The notes: generated from the letters alone by a model not told the origin. DNA of 64,000 nucleotides from Gammaproteobacteria bacterium (GCA_963422205.2 CAXMWX010000012.1:32001-96000), one strand, 5' to 3'. Numbered from the stretch's first letter, positions 43,098-54,103 are shown. Translations and numbers: made by a program.

Positions 43098-44423
43098 CTA
43101 CATGTCTGCCGGTTTCTTGGCTTCGCCATAAATATAATCATCCAGCACTTTATGAAAATGGCGAATGCGTAACTCCTGATCACCGATCCAGAGACCGCGA
43201 TACCCGCGTGAATTCATCCCCGCCTGTACGCCCGGCAGATTTTCTGCATCCTGCCGTATGACCAGATGCGTTTTTTTCTCGCCGTGGATAAATTGATCGT
43301 GTTCCGGGCGCTCTGTCGGCCACTCCTCACCATCCGGAATCAGTTCAAACATCCAGAGATCGAAATACATCCTGTTTGGATCGGTGGCATGTGGGCGCTG
43401 GCGGAATAGCCACAGATCATCGGCGTGTACGTTCATGGTAACATTCGGAAAGAGCATGTAATGATAATCATCGGTCAACTGCTCATCGTGCAAGCTGGAA
43501 TAATCCCTGCCCTGTTCAGCGCCATGTTCACGTTTCCATTTTTGCAGATCGCGGCGTACATCCCGGGTTTTACCTTCATAATCGGCTGGTTCCATACCGG
43601 CTTCCAGCATCAGTTGTTTGATGCCAGGCGGTATTTCCGGCGGCATACGCACGCGCGGACTGAGCGTGGCGAATGGAATCAGATAACGGCTGTGCTTGTC
43701 ATAGCAGTCTATCTGTATGTTTTTATCGTCCAGATGATACAGCAGTTGTGGATGTATGCCCTGGACATGATAGGTTTCATTGAAGGCATCGACAGAGGTC
43801 TTCCAGTTACAATGCCATTCAATGGTCACGTCTTCTTTCAAAGCCATGGCACCGAAATTATAAGGATCCAGGTGGCCGGGAATCATGTCCAGGTAATCCT
43901 TTAAAGGCTCAATATGCGGGTTGAGACTGAAGAACACAAAGCCACCCCAGGTATCGCAGGGTATTTCTGTCAGACCGCTGCACGGCGGCCTGCCCTGCGG
44001 GAAGGTCTCCTCATCGGGTATGCGCTTAAAGCTGCCATCCAGGTTATATTCCCAGTGATGATATGCACACTGAAATGACTCCGCATGACCCATACCTGTT
44101 GGCCGTAAACGGTTACCGCGGTGCTGGCATACATTATAAAACGCCTTGACAGACTGATCGGCCTGCCGTACCAGGAGAATGGATTCCAGCCCTATCGCAG
44201 TAACGAGGTAGTCCCCTGATGCTTTGAGATCGGTTTCAAGACCGCCTAACAGCCACACCTTGGTCCACATACGTTCCCATTCCAGTTGCATAAATTCCGT
44301 GGAGGTGTAGCGCTCCTTGGCTATAGTATGACTGCCCAGTTCCGGGTCGGGCTGCTTTTCCAGCGGGGTTTTTGGTATGGGTTGTCTTTGCATGGGGATG
44401 ACGTTGTCTTTGTTTGTAATCAT
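43098..44423 (-). CDS. Rieske non-heme iron oxygenase alpha subunit (1)
   Basis: CQH...CAYH Rieske ligands; NWK..DAFNETYHVQGIH and QD mononuclear Fe ligands. Confidence 0.93.
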   Translation of the reverse strand: MITNKDNVIPMQRQPIPKTPLEKQPDPELGSHTIAKERYTSTEFMQLEWERMWTKVWLLGGLETDLKASGDYLVTAIGLESILLVRQADQSVKAFYNVCQHRGNRLRPTGMGHAESFQCAYHHWEYNLDGSFKRIPDEETFPQGRPPCSGLTEIPCDTWGGFVFFSLNPHIEPLKDYLDMIPGHLDPYNFGAMALKEDVTIEWHCNWKTSVDAFNETYHVQGIHPQLLYHLDDKNIQIDCYDKHSRYLIPFATLSPRVRMPPEIPPGIKQLMLEAGMEPADYEGKTRDVRRDLQKWKREHGAEQGRDYSSLHDEQLTDDYHYMLFPNVTMNVHADDLWLFRQRPHATDPNRMYFDLWMFELIPDGEEWPTERPEHDQFIHGEKKTHLVIRQDAENLPGVQAGMNSRGYRGLWIGDQELRIRHFHKVLDDYIYGEAKKPADM

Positions 44424-44441
44424 CCTGATGTCATCCTATTA

Positions 44442-45203
44442 CTAGAGTTGTACCCGCTTGGTATAACCGTTATCCACGATCAGGTTAATACCAGTGATGC
44501 CAGAACCGGCCGGGCTGACCACAAATGCAACTGTTCTGGCTATCTCATCCGGTGTTACCATTCTGCCAACCGGAATTTTTCGCAGCGTGCTGTCAAAGAA
44601 CTTCCTGTTGCTGGTCTTAATCATCTCCCAGGCACCGCCCTCAAAGTAAACCGGCCCAGGGCACACGCAATTCACGCGGATATTCTCTTTGCCGACAAAC
44701 TGGCTGAGTTGTTTTGCATAATTAACCAGAGCGGCCTTCATGGCGTTATAAGCCATAGGGCCACCGAAGGACTCTACGGCGTTGGTACTGGTAATAAAGA
44801 CAATAGAACCACCACCGTCCTCCTGCATTTTCGGCATCAATTCCTCACAACCACGCACTGTGTGCAACACATCAATTTCGAAGTTACGCCACCAGTTGCG
44901 CTCGGATTCCATACCGGCGCCACCACTGACATTGGCGATAAAAATATCAGCACCGCCCAGCGCTTCAGCAGCTTCCGAAAGCCAGGCCCTGTATTCATCT
45001 GCATCACGCACATTAACGGATTTACCGAAAACGGCTACGCCTTTACCCTCCAGGGCGTTGATGGTCTCATTTACCGCCTCATCATCACGGGCACAAAAAC
45101 CGATGTCGACTTTCTCTTTAGCCAGCAACTCAACGATTGCTCGGCCGATGCCGCGTGTGGCACCCGTGACGATGGCTTTTTTGCCACGTAAACCTAGCTC
45201 CAT
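44442..45203 (-). CDS. SDR oxidoreductase
   Basis: TGATRGIG, YNAMK. Confidence 0.9.
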   Translation of the reverse strand: MELGLRGKKAIVTGATRGIGRAIVELLAKEKVDIGFCARDDEAVNETINALEGKGVAVFGKSVNVRDADEYRAWLSEAAEALGGADIFIANVSGGAGMESERNWWRNFEIDVLHTVRGCEELMPKMQEDGGGSIVFITSTNAVESFGGPMAYNAMKAALVNYAKQLSQFVGKENIRVNCVCPGPVYFEGGAWEMIKTSNRKFFDSTLRKIPVGRMVTPDEIARTVAFVVSPAGSGITGINLIVDNGYTKRVQL

Positions 45204-45374
45204 TGTTCTACCCTCATCATTGGTTTTATCTGGGGTCAGTATGACCGAGGTGTATTGGTTCTGGTGCCGTTGCCTCGTCTCATACCGCCTGCGTGTTTTT
45301 GCCGAATGGGTGTTATTTCACCAGCTTGAGCGAGTTTCAAGCAGTTATGACAAGTATATCTCACAGCGACTATA

Positions 45375-45400
45375 AAATAAACAGTCATGACTGTTTATTT
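45375..45400. promoter_or_regulatory. Perfect 26-bp palindrome, putative TetR operator (copy 1)
   Basis: AAATAAACAGTCATGACTGTTTATTT is its own reverse complement; lies upstream of the SDR-Rieske-acoAB-E2 operon. Confidence 0.75.
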
Positions 45401-45435
45401 ATTCATGCCGTGTCTTGTAAGGCAAATGCCGAGAA

Positions 45436-46185
45436 TCACTGGATGGACAAGGCATTATCGATAATCAGCTCACTGCCATTGATGAATGTCGACTCATCAC
45501 TGGCCAGATACAGGACCAGGTTAGCGACATCCGCCGGCTCACCGACCCCGACCGGATCATCATCACCCGGCGGCGGCACACCTAACTCGGCCGCGGCCTG
45601 CACAATCATAGGCGTATTGATGGAGCTGGCATGGATAGAGTTGCAACGGATAGCGTACTGATTCATCTGGCAGTATACCGCGATGGATTTGGTCATCGCC
45701 CGTACCGCCCCCTTGGCTGCGGTATAAGCAAAGAATGCCGGGTATCCCAGATGCGAAGCGATTGAAGACATATTGATGATAGAGCCGCCGCCGCTTTTGT
45801 TGATCAGGGGGATAGCGTATTTACAACCCAGGAATACGCCTTCACTCATGATCGAATTGGCCTGGCGAAATTGTGCCAGCGTGGTTTGCGCCAAAGTGGC
45901 AACGATAACGATACCCGCGTTGTTTACCAACACATTCAGGCCGCCGTAGCGTTTTTCAACAGCTGCCAGGGTCTCAATCCATTGCTGCTCATCGCTGACA
46001 TCCTGCTGCAGGAACACAGCTTCCCCACCAGCCGCCCTGATGTCCGCGGCAACCTGCTCGCCAGCATCATTGATATCGGTGAGGGCGACTTTTGCTCCTT
46101 CTCTGGCCAGCAATTCTGCATCCGCCTTGCCCAGACCGGAAGCACCACCGGTCACCAGGATCACTTTCCCATCAACACGACCCAT
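45436..46185 (-). CDS. SDR oxidoreductase (hydroxysteroid/cyclic alcohol dehydrogenase-like)
   Basis: TGGASGLG, NNAG, YTAAKGAV, IRCNSIH. Confidence 0.88.
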   Translation of the reverse strand: MGRVDGKVILVTGGASGLGKADAELLAREGAKVALTDINDAGEQVAADIRAAGGEAVFLQQDVSDEQQWIETLAAVEKRYGGLNVLVNNAGIVIVATLAQTTLAQFRQANSIMSEGVFLGCKYAIPLINKSGGGSIINMSSIASHLGYPAFFAYTAAKGAVRAMTKSIAVYCQMNQYAIRCNSIHASSINTPMIVQAAAELGVPPPGDDDPVGVGEPADVANLVLYLASDESTFINGSELIIDNALSIQ

Positions 46186-46316
46186 TTATTCACCCCGGTA
46201 CGTCTTGTTTGTCGTTTTGTTCGTCATCAGTTGAACTATGAATTGCCAATGTATCGCTTGTCAGCCTGTAACTCAACAGGTATAAAACGGCTATCGCCTG
46301 TAAGGAGAAGCGGCAC

Positions 46317-46973
46317 TTGGAGACACCAAAGATAAAAAACGTCGAGGGCAGCGCACCGAAAGGGCCGGGCGATGTGGGTTGGCAAGCCCATAAAAGCTCC
46401 ACCACCCGAGAGCAGATACTGGATGCGGCCATCAGGTGCATCGTGCAATGGGGGTATGCCAGTACCACCACCACAAAAATTGCCGAGGTTGCCGGGCTTT
46501 CGCGCGGTGCCACACTGCATCATTTTCCTGCACGCATGGATATCATCCGGGCGGCGGTCGATCACCTGCATCAAAAGCGCCTGCGCGCATTTCGTAAATC
46601 CATTGCTACCATTCCCGATGATGCTGATCGGGTAAAGAAGGCGGTTGAGTCGTACTGGGCACATGTTACCCACCCGATATTTGTCGCTTTTTTTGAATTA
46701 TCAGTCGCCGCGCGCAGTGACAAGGAACTGGAGGCTATTCTACGGCCGGCCCAGAAGGCATTTGATGCGGAATGGTACCAAACCGCCCAGGAACTTTACC
46801 CGGAGTGGCAATCAGACAAGCAGGCCTTTGATCTGGCACTGAACCTGACGCAAAAACTCATGGAAGGCATGGCCATCAGTCATTTAACGCATTCACGGGA
46901 AGACAGCGAACAGATCTTGCTGGCTTACCTCGAAGATTGTATTCGCAGTCTCGCACCAAAAGAATTGCAATAA
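46317..46973 (+). CDS. TetR/AcrR family transcriptional regulator
   Basis: TREQILDAA..GYASTTTTKIAEVAGLSRGATLHHFP HTH; AAGGAG RBS, TTG start. Confidence 0.92.
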   Translation: METPKIKNVEGSAPKGPGDVGWQAHKSSTTREQILDAAIRCIVQWGYASTTTTKIAEVAGLSRGATLHHFPARMDIIRAAVDHLHQKRLRAFRKSIATIPDDADRVKKAVESYWAHVTHPIFVAFFELSVAARSDKELEAILRPAQKAFDAEWYQTAQELYPEWQSDKQAFDLALNLTQKLMEGMAISHLTHSREDSEQILLAYLEDCIRSLAPKELQ

Positions 46974-47000
46974 CAGAGAAGGCTTTACTTGCGGGAATAA

Positions 47001-47477
47001 TCAACACGCCGGGGATCCCCTGGTGCCTTTCCTGAGTTCAATCAAGTTGGTACTCTTGCAGCACCAGATAACGGCATCCGTCTGGTCCAGTAACAGGTAC
47101 TCAAATATCACCACGCCACGGGTTGGGTCTTTTTCAGAGAGCCGCTTGTCAAGACACATCGCCCTGGCATAGACCGTATCACCAGAGCGCAGCGCCCTGG
47201 GAAACTTCACCTCATCCCAGGCAACGCCGCAGATCCAGGCGATATCATGGGCGATTTCATGATCCAGACGACGCCATATCGCCATGATGTGAATCCCCGA
47301 TGCAATCACCTCTCCGAAACGAGATGTCCTGGCTGCCGCCTCATCGGCATGGAAATATTGCGGATCATAAGTCTGCGCGAATTTGAGGATCTCCTCACGG
47401 GTCACGGTGTAGTGAGAAGAACGTCTGCTCTCCCCTATCTGTATGTCTTCATAATAGCGCTTTGTGGTAACTGGCAC
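47001..47477 (-). CDS. MaoC-family (hot-dog) dehydratase
   Basis: FAQTYDPQYFHADE, IASGIH. Confidence 0.85.
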   Translation of the reverse strand: MPVTTKRYYEDIQIGESRRSSHYTVTREEILKFAQTYDPQYFHADEAAARTSRFGEVIASGIHIMAIWRRLDHEIAHDIAWICGVAWDEVKFPRALRSGDTVYARAMCLDKRLSEKDPTRGVVIFEYLLLDQTDAVIWCCKSTNLIELRKGTRGSPAC

Positions 47478-47958
47478 GGTGAATACCTTGGAAGATCACG
47501 GCCACACATAACAGCGATGGCCCACATCGCCGCCGCCTATGGCCACATAAAAGTGGTATGTATAATAAATATTTACAAGCAGAAATGACAGCATCGTCTT
47601 AGTTTTAAGACAGCAACCTTGGATAGTGTCTATACAACCTTGTCTGCTCACAAAGTCCTTTAACATTCCCGCCAGTGGAGTAATGTTCAACCTGTCATAT
47701 AACTGTTTCAATATTGTATAATTATTGTAAAAATATAGTATGGTTGTTGTAACAACATGCACATATCATCTGCACACTCAGGAATACATGCAGATGATAG
47801 AGAAAAAGAACACCACCGATGCACCGATTCACTGTGTGTTCGGGGTTGAGTGTGCCGACAGGCAACCGGGGGTTGGCCTTTAACATGACTGATATCACAT
47901 TGGGGATATGCCTGGGATTGTAACATGCTGATTTTCAAATAATGCACCATATATTAAC

Positions 47959-49902
47959 ATGATGACTGCCATTAATTTTATTTCCAGAACGTTCATCAAG
48001 CTGAAATCGATCTTCATGCTGGCATCAGTGGTGATCGGATTTATCATTATCGGACTGACCTTCCGCTCTGTGCTTGTCATAGGCGAAGAAGCACAGGGCA
48101 ACAGTATGGCTGTTTTTGAGCGTTCTCTGTTGTTAAATGAAATTGAGATAGCCCTGCTGAAGGCAAAAGCCGCCGACAGCGACTACCTTCGTACCCATGA
48201 CCCGATGTATATCACGCTGCATGAGAACAACATGCAGCAGGCTTACGCTCTCATTGAAAAACTAAAAGCGAATATTGCTGCTGATGAGCAACTCAGTGCC
48301 GAGATACAGCAGATCAACAACATGCTGGAGAGATACAGCGATGGTTTTAATTTTATCGTCAGTGCCCGGGACAGCCGTGATGCGATGCTTGAGCAATTCA
48401 GCCAGGTTGCCATGGAGATGGAAAACAGCACGAATAAAACAGCAAGCCCTGTGCTCATCAATTCGATGTTAAAGATGCGCCGTTATGAAAAAGAATTCTT
48501 GGCAACGAACAATCTACGTTATGCGATTGATATGAATAACGAGGCCAAGCAGTTTGGCCTGCTGCTGTTTGATGCATCGTTAAGTGATGAGGACTCCACA
48601 CACTTATCACGCCTGGCTAACCAGTATAATGTTGATTTTTTAGGTTTGACGAATGGCACCAAAGCATTAAACGACCGGATTGCCGAGTTTCATCAGGTGG
48701 TGAAAAACATCGTGCCTTTGTTTGACAGTTTACGTACAGCAACACGCCAATCCTACTTCGCCGGAATCACCGACAGCAAGCAGATGATCCAGGACGTCAA
48801 TACATTTTTTATCCTGACATTTGCCGCCGTGGCTACTGTATTGATCATCATGCTGCTGTCCATGCTGAGGCAGGTGAGTCATGTTTTCAGCAGAACGATG
48901 AATATGATTGGCGAGATAAGCACTGGTGATCTGACACAAAACTATATACTTGGTGCAGCCAGGGATGAGATCAACACGATCATCAAGGCACTGACCAGAA
49001 TGCAGAAAAAGCTGACCTCGGTCATTCTTAACATCAGGGGCGGTGCGGATACAGTCTCTGATTTTTTGATGGGTATGAGACAGGATAATCAGCACTTGAG
49101 TCAACGCATGCAGCAACAGGCATCCAGCCTTGAGGATATCGCCTCCAGCATGGAGGAGATGACGACCACCGTCAGCAATAATGCACACAGTGCCCAGCGG
49201 GCAAGCCAGTCGGCAAAAACAGCTTATGAGAAAGCGGTGTTAGGCAGTGAAGTGGTCGAGCGGGCGATACTCGCCATGCAGGAAATCGATACCGCCAGCA
49301 GTGATATTGCCGAGATCATATCTGTGATCGACTCCATTGCATTTCAAACCAATCTGCTGGCCTTAAATGCCGCCGTTGAGGCCGCTCATGCAGGTGAGCA
49401 AGGCAAGGGGTTTGCTGTTGTGGCGGGTGAAGTACGTAACCTGGCGGCCAGCTGTAAAACCGCAGCGAAGGAGATCGAGACCTTGATCGCAAGCAGTGTT
49501 GCCAGAATTGAAAATGGTCGTCAGCTGGTGGATGAGTCCAGCGGTATTTTCGAAGAGATAATGCTTTCAGCCGAGCAGGTCAGTGATGTCATCGCCGGTA
49601 TCGCCAGTTCCAGCCAGCAGCAGTCCGAGGGGATTACCCAGGTCAGCCTGTCGCTGCAACATGTGGACGAATTGGTACAACAAAATGTATTGCTGGTAGA
49701 GAAAGCGGCATCAGCCAGCGAAGAGGTGAGCATACAGGGGCATGAGCTTCGTTGTCTGCTGGATTATTTCACCATTAATGATGAGACAGACACAAGCACA
49801 AATGAAGCAGAGACAAAACATGTACCGGAGGTTGTCATTCAACCCGAGGAGCAAATGCCTCACCTGATTAATCGCCAGTTAGCTGTTGCCGAACGGTTCT
49901 GA
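47959..49902 (+). CDS. Methyl-accepting chemotaxis protein
   Basis: TM, large helical sensor, TM, HAMP, then [37 protein letters not shown]. Confidence 0.95.
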   Translation: MMTAINFISRTFIKLKSIFMLASVVIGFIIIGLTFRSVLVIGEEAQGNSMAVFERSLLLNEIEIALLKAKAADSDYLRTHDPMYITLHENNMQQAYALIEKLKANIAADEQLSAEIQQINNMLERYSDGFNFIVSARDSRDAMLEQFSQVAMEMENSTNKTASPVLINSMLKMRRYEKEFLATNNLRYAIDMNNEAKQFGLLLFDASLSDEDSTHLSRLANQYNVDFLGLTNGTKALNDRIAEFHQVVKNIVPLFDSLRTATRQSYFAGITDSKQMIQDVNTFFILTFAAVATVLIIMLLSMLRQVSHVFSRTMNMIGEISTGDLTQNYILGAARDEINTIIKALTRMQKKLTSVILNIRGGADTVSDFLMGMRQDNQHLSQRMQQQASSLEDIASSMEEMTTTVSNNAHSAQRASQSAKTAYEKAVLGSEVVERAILAMQEIDTASSDIAEIISVIDSIAFQTNLLALNAAVEAAHAGEQGKGFAVVAGEVRNLAASCKTAAKEIETLIASSVARIENGRQLVDESSGIFEEIMLSAEQVSDVIAGIASSSQQQSEGITQVSLSLQHVDELVQQNVLLVEKAASASEEVSIQGHELRCLLDYFTINDETDTSTNEAETKHVPEVVIQPEEQMPHLINRQLAVAERF

Positions 49903-50014
49903 AACCGCCGGTAAGGAACGGAATACGCTTCGCCCTGCCGGTGGCTTTATCTCCCACAAAACAAGCGGGCTGGTGAGAGGATAAAAATACATGATGCGGA
50001 GAGGGCTTGGACCC

Positions 50015-50311
50015 CTACGCAATCCAGTCAAAAAACTGCAAATCCATCTCTTCTGCCAGGCATTCCAGGATAGGTGGGACCAAGCGGTCATGAAACGCTG
50101 TCTGCTGATGATACTCAAATGCCGCCTCATTTTTAAAACGACCATAGACCACATACGTCTGCGGCTTGTCACGATGACGTATGACATCATAAACCAGCGT
50201 CTCTGGTTCGCTTTCGTGGGTGAGTGCGGCGAGCTCTTGCTGTAATTTTTCAAAATCTTTTGCTTTGCCTTCTGCTACAACCAGTTTTGCTATAAATGCA
50301 GTCAAAATCAA
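50015..50311 (-). CDS. ABM-domain protein (putative quinol monooxygenase family)
   Basis: 98 aa, EPETLVY, AFEYHQQTAFH. Confidence 0.8.
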   Translation of the reverse strand: MILTAFIAKLVVAEGKAKDFEKLQQELAALTHESEPETLVYDVIRHRDKPQTYVVYGRFKNEAAFEYHQQTAFHDRLVPPILECLAEEMDLQFFDWIA

Positions 50312-51969
50312 TCCTCCTGTTCCAGCCCCAGTTCTTTTATCATCTGATCCTGTAATCTAAACTTCTGTATCTTGGTTGATGACATCGGCCACTCACTAAC
50401 GAACTTGACATGCCGTGGCACCTTAAAGCCGGCCATCCTGTCTTTACAGAAATCGATCAGCGCATCTTCAGTCGTTTCGATGTCGGTGTTACATTCGACA
50501 AAAGCGGCCGCCACCTGCTGTAGCCTGGCATCAGGTATACCGACCACCTGTGCCAGCTTCACCGCCGGGTGTTGTTGCAGGCAAGCCTCTATCTCAACCG
50601 CAGCAACATTCTCACCGCCGACTTTTAACATGTCTTTTAATCTGCCATGAAACAGCAACTGGCCGTGTTCATTGACAGAGCAGATATCACCCGAATGAAA
50701 CCAGCCCGCATCATCCAGTACCTCAGCCGTTTTCTCCGGTGCCCTGTAATACTCATTAAAAATGCTGTTACCACGTATCCAGGTATCCCCCTGCTCATTA
50801 ACGCCCCGTCTCTCGCCTGTCTCAGGATCCATGATCTTCACTTCGATGCCAGGCAGTGGCGTGCCTAAATGGGTAAAACGTTGTTCACGGCTGTCATCAA
50901 GCTGACTGGTGGAGACGGTGCCCGATGCTTCGGTCATGCCGAAGGTACCGACAAATATCGTATCAGGCATAGCCCTCTCCATCGTCTCGGCAACAAACGC
51001 TGGCTGTACTGCGAAGTTGGCATTCATCAATTTAATACGGGATAAATCGGTGCTTTGAAAATCCGAATGATTAACGAGATCGGACATGATGGTCCAAAAG
51101 CAGGGGTAAGTCGCTGTGACTTTTTCCGCCTCCAGCATCCGCAGTGCCTCACCTGCTTCAAATCGTGGCGTGGTGACATAAGTCCCACCGACCCCAAAGA
51201 TAGTCACCATGGGCAAGATAGCGGCGATATGAAACATCGGTAAGGGCGCCCAGAGACTGTCCTCGTGACTTAACTCATACCGCCGCCCCAGGGCACTGCT
51301 GTTACGCACTAAGGATTCATGGGAAATCATGCAGCCTTTAGGGTGTGAGGTGGTACCAGAAGTATACATAATCACTGCCGTACTACCCAGACGGGTTTGA
51401 ATACGACGTAGATGAACTTCATCCTCAGCAATCTCTGCTTTAAGTGAGTCCAACTGTTTTTCAGTCAACATGCCTGACGAGCTGGAGTCACCGTAGACGA
51501 TGATATTTTTAAGTCGGGGTGCTGTGGCCAAAGTGAGCCTATAAGGCTCTTCGTTGTCTTTTAGATCAGGGAAAGCCGCATGTATTCTTGCTACATAATT
51601 GACTGTCTCATCAAACTCATCTGAGGTAATCAGTGCAACCAGATCCGCATTCTCCGTAACATAGGCGATCTCCGGCGGTCTGTAGCGGGCATTAATCGGC
51701 ACGGTCACAGCACCTAACATCGCAATAGCGAACAGGGTATCGACAAAATTCAGACAGGTGGGCAATAACAAACCGACGTGATCACCCGGTTCGATCCCTA
51801 AGGCCCTCAATGTTCTTGCTCTGGCAAGGGCGCGATCCCTCAAGGCCGCATAGGTTATGCGCTTATCAGGTAACACAATGGCATCGGTTTCAGGATAATT
51901 ATCTGCGGCAATCATCAACAAATCGCCGAGAGTTGTCGCCCTTACTCTTTCCTTCGAAAGTGTGCTCAT
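50308..51969 (-). CDS. Acyl-CoA synthetase / AMP-binding enzyme
   Basis: YTSGTTSHPKG, FGMTE, GWFHSGD, GRLKDMLKVGGENV, KIQK. Confidence 0.94.
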   Translation of the reverse strand: MSTLSKERVRATTLGDLLMIAADNYPETDAIVLPDKRITYAALRDRALARARTLRALGIEPGDHVGLLLPTCLNFVDTLFAIAMLGAVTVPINARYRPPEIAYVTENADLVALITSDEFDETVNYVARIHAAFPDLKDNEEPYRLTLATAPRLKNIIVYGDSSSSGMLTEKQLDSLKAEIAEDEVHLRRIQTRLGSTAVIMYTSGTTSHPKGCMISHESLVRNSSALGRRYELSHEDSLWAPLPMFHIAAILPMVTIFGVGGTYVTTPRFEAGEALRMLEAEKVTATYPCFWTIMSDLVNHSDFQSTDLSRIKLMNANFAVQPAFVAETMERAMPDTIFVGTFGMTEASGTVSTSQLDDSREQRFTHLGTPLPGIEVKIMDPETGERRGVNEQGDTWIRGNSIFNEYYRAPEKTAEVLDDAGWFHSGDICSVNEHGQLLFHGRLKDMLKVGGENVAAVEIEACLQQHPAVKLAQVVGIPDARLQQVAAAFVECNTDIETTEDALIDFCKDRMAGFKVPRHVKFVSEWPMSSTKIQKFRLQDQMIKELGLEQED

Positions 51970-51992
51970 CTGCTGCTAGTTTCGTTCAATTC

Positions 51993-52283
51993 TTATTCCA
52001 AAGGATCCAAATATTCACGAATATACGTCCCATCCAGACAGTCGATCAGACCGGGGGCAAGCCGCTTGAAGTGGGCACTATGACGATGCGCCTCTTCTGC
52101 GGCCTCATCAATAAATGACTCGATCACGGCAAAGCCCCGCTCTGCTTCACGCAAACGATAAAACTGATAGCACCGGGTATCAGGCTCATTCGCCAGCACC
52201 TCTTCAGTCAACGCTTTAGCCAGGCGTATAAAATCACTCTCCCTGCCTGGTTTTACTTTCATTCTGGCAACAAATGTCAGCAT
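51993..52283 (-). CDS. ABM-domain protein (second copy)
   Basis: MLTFVARMKVKPGRE..NEPDTRCY..EAHRHSAHF. Confidence 0.8.
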   Translation of the reverse strand: MLTFVARMKVKPGRESDFIRLAKALTEEVLANEPDTRCYQFYRLREAERGFAVIESFIDEAAEEAHRHSAHFKRLAPGLIDCLDGTYIREYLDPLE

Positions 52284-52341
52284 TTTCCTGCCCCTGAAAT
52301 TACAGTATGCTGTCGATACTACCACTGGCATTTTTATAAAG

Positions 52342-52359
52342 AAACAGGCAGCCCTGTTT
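52342..52359. promoter_or_regulatory. Putative operator copy 2
   Basis: AAACAGGCAGCCCTGTTT, 14/18 to the core of copy 1; in the divergent ABM/ferredoxin promoter. Confidence 0.6.
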
Positions 52360-52422
52360 TTTAGCCGGTCACTCATGTTAGTATCTTAAATCATAGATTA
52401 CATACCAAAAGGCGTTTCAGGC

Positions 52423-52743
52423 GTGAGTGATGATCATTTTATCAGCGTAGCAAACAGCAGGGAAATACAAGCAAACAAGGTCTATTGTTTTAATATCAAC
52501 GACACCGCGATTTTGCTGTGCAAGGTCAACGATGAGTACTATGCAGTACATAACAAATGCACCCATGCCGATGCCACTTTTGATAAAGGCCGCCTGCGCT
52601 CCCATAAACTCCTCTGTCCACTTCATGGTGCGATATTTGATGTACGTGACGGCAGTGTGCTGAGCCCACCGGCCTTCCAGGCCCTGCAGACTTACGAGGT
52701 AATAACAGATGGGGCTAAAATAAAAGTCAAAATAGCTGATTGA
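52423..52743 (+). CDS. Rieske-type ferredoxin of a ring-hydroxylating oxygenase
   Basis: CTH...CPLHGAIFDVRDG, 106 aa. Confidence 0.92.
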   Translation: MSDDHFISVANSREIQANKVYCFNINDTAILLCKVNDEYYAVHNKCTHADATFDKGRLRSHKLLCPLHGAIFDVRDGSVLSPPAFQALQTYEVITDGAKIKVKIAD

Positions 52744-52799
52744 TTGTTAATTGCAGGCAGGCCGCATGGCGACACTGAAGCGTATAGGGATGTATGATA

Positions 52800-53960
52800 T
52801 CACCTTCGTTGATCAAACCGCCTGCCGATGATTGCACTGGCGATATTGACCTTTTGAATATCAATCGCACCGCCGGCAATCCCCCAGCCCCAGGCATCAC
52901 GAAAGTATCGCTCCACCGAGTACTCCTTGGAATAACCATAGCCACCCATAAGTTGCAGCGCATTGCCGGTCACTGTTCTGGCGATCTCATTGGCATAACA
53001 TTTTGCGATAGACGACTCTTCCAGGCTGGGCAGGCCGTCTTCGGCATTGGATGCTGCCCGGTAGATCAACAAACGCGCTGCATCCACCTGCATACGCATC
53101 TCAGCAAGTTTTAACTGCACGGCCTGAAAATCGACAATCGGTTTACCGAACTGCTGCCGCTCCTGCACATAGCCGATCACCTGCTCCAGCGCACCGGATG
53201 CCTGTGCCAATGCCATGGTCGCATTGCCACAACGCTCCAGATCAAATGCCTCCATCAGTTTTTTGAAACCACCGGCAGGGACGATGATATGTTCTTCCGG
53301 AACAGTCACCTCATCAAAATAAATATCCGATGACGGCACACCACGAAAACCCATCAAAGACTCCGGTCTGCCAAAACTCATCCCCACCGTATCTTTTTCC
53401 ACGAACACCGCACCAATGCCATTCGCACCAGGCGCATCAGACATCCTGCAATAGACGACATAAGCATCGGCATGACCACCACCCGAACACCAGCGTTTGG
53501 TACCGTTTAAGATCACCCTGCCATTTTTATGCTCTGCATGCGTCCTCAGATCGGTCAGTGCCGAGCCGGCATTCGGCTCAGACATGGCCACTGCGATGAC
53601 CATATCACCTGCACACACAGCCGGTATCACCTTTTGCTTTAAACTGTCCTGCCCAAATTTTTCGATCGCCTTCACCGGGCCAACACAGGATTCAAATACC
53701 GGGAAGGCAACCGCCGATGAGATCTGTCCTATCTGTTCGATAACGATCAAGGCATCAAGATTGCTTAAACCCAAGCCCCCTGATCGTTCCGGTATATTCA
53801 CACCCAGCAGACCCATCCCGGCATAGTCTTTTATCAGCTCACGAGTTGGCGGTTCGCCTGAATGCTCTATTTGTTCAGCCACTGTCAGTAACTTCTCCCG
53901 AGCGTAACGACGCACGGACTCTTTTAATTGTGTTTGTTGCTGCGTTAATTGAAAATCCAC
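52800..53960 (-). CDS. Acyl-CoA dehydrogenase
   Basis: MSEPNAGS, NGTKRW, ERQQFGKPI, LQLMGGYGYSKEY; GTG start at 53960. Confidence 0.93.
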   Translation of the reverse strand: MDFQLTQQQTQLKESVRRYAREKLLTVAEQIEHSGEPPTRELIKDYAGMGLLGVNIPERSGGLGLSNLDALIVIEQIGQISSAVAFPVFESCVGPVKAIEKFGQDSLKQKVIPAVCAGDMVIAVAMSEPNAGSALTDLRTHAEHKNGRVILNGTKRWCSGGGHADAYVVYCRMSDAPGANGIGAVFVEKDTVGMSFGRPESLMGFRGVPSSDIYFDEVTVPEEHIIVPAGGFKKLMEAFDLERCGNATMALAQASGALEQVIGYVQERQQFGKPIVDFQAVQLKLAEMRMQVDAARLLIYRAASNAEDGLPSLEESSIAKCYANEIARTVTGNALQLMGGYGYSKEYSVERYFRDAWGWGIAGGAIDIQKVNIASAIIGRRFDQRR

Positions 53961-54103
53961 GACTGTCTGTACCCCTGTAGTTTGCCAGCCTGTTACACTT
54001 ATCGACCGGGCAGTATACTTTGCGCTATAGTAGAAAAAAAGCCAGAGATAACCGTCATATTCTTTAAGCCTGAAAAAAACCAGCGACAGCATCTAAACAG
54101 CCA

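Noticed and set aside
49885-49902. CheR/CheB-binding pentapeptide at the MCP C-terminus (VAERF)
   Set aside because: It lacks the aromatic residue at position 2 of the NWETF-type motif.
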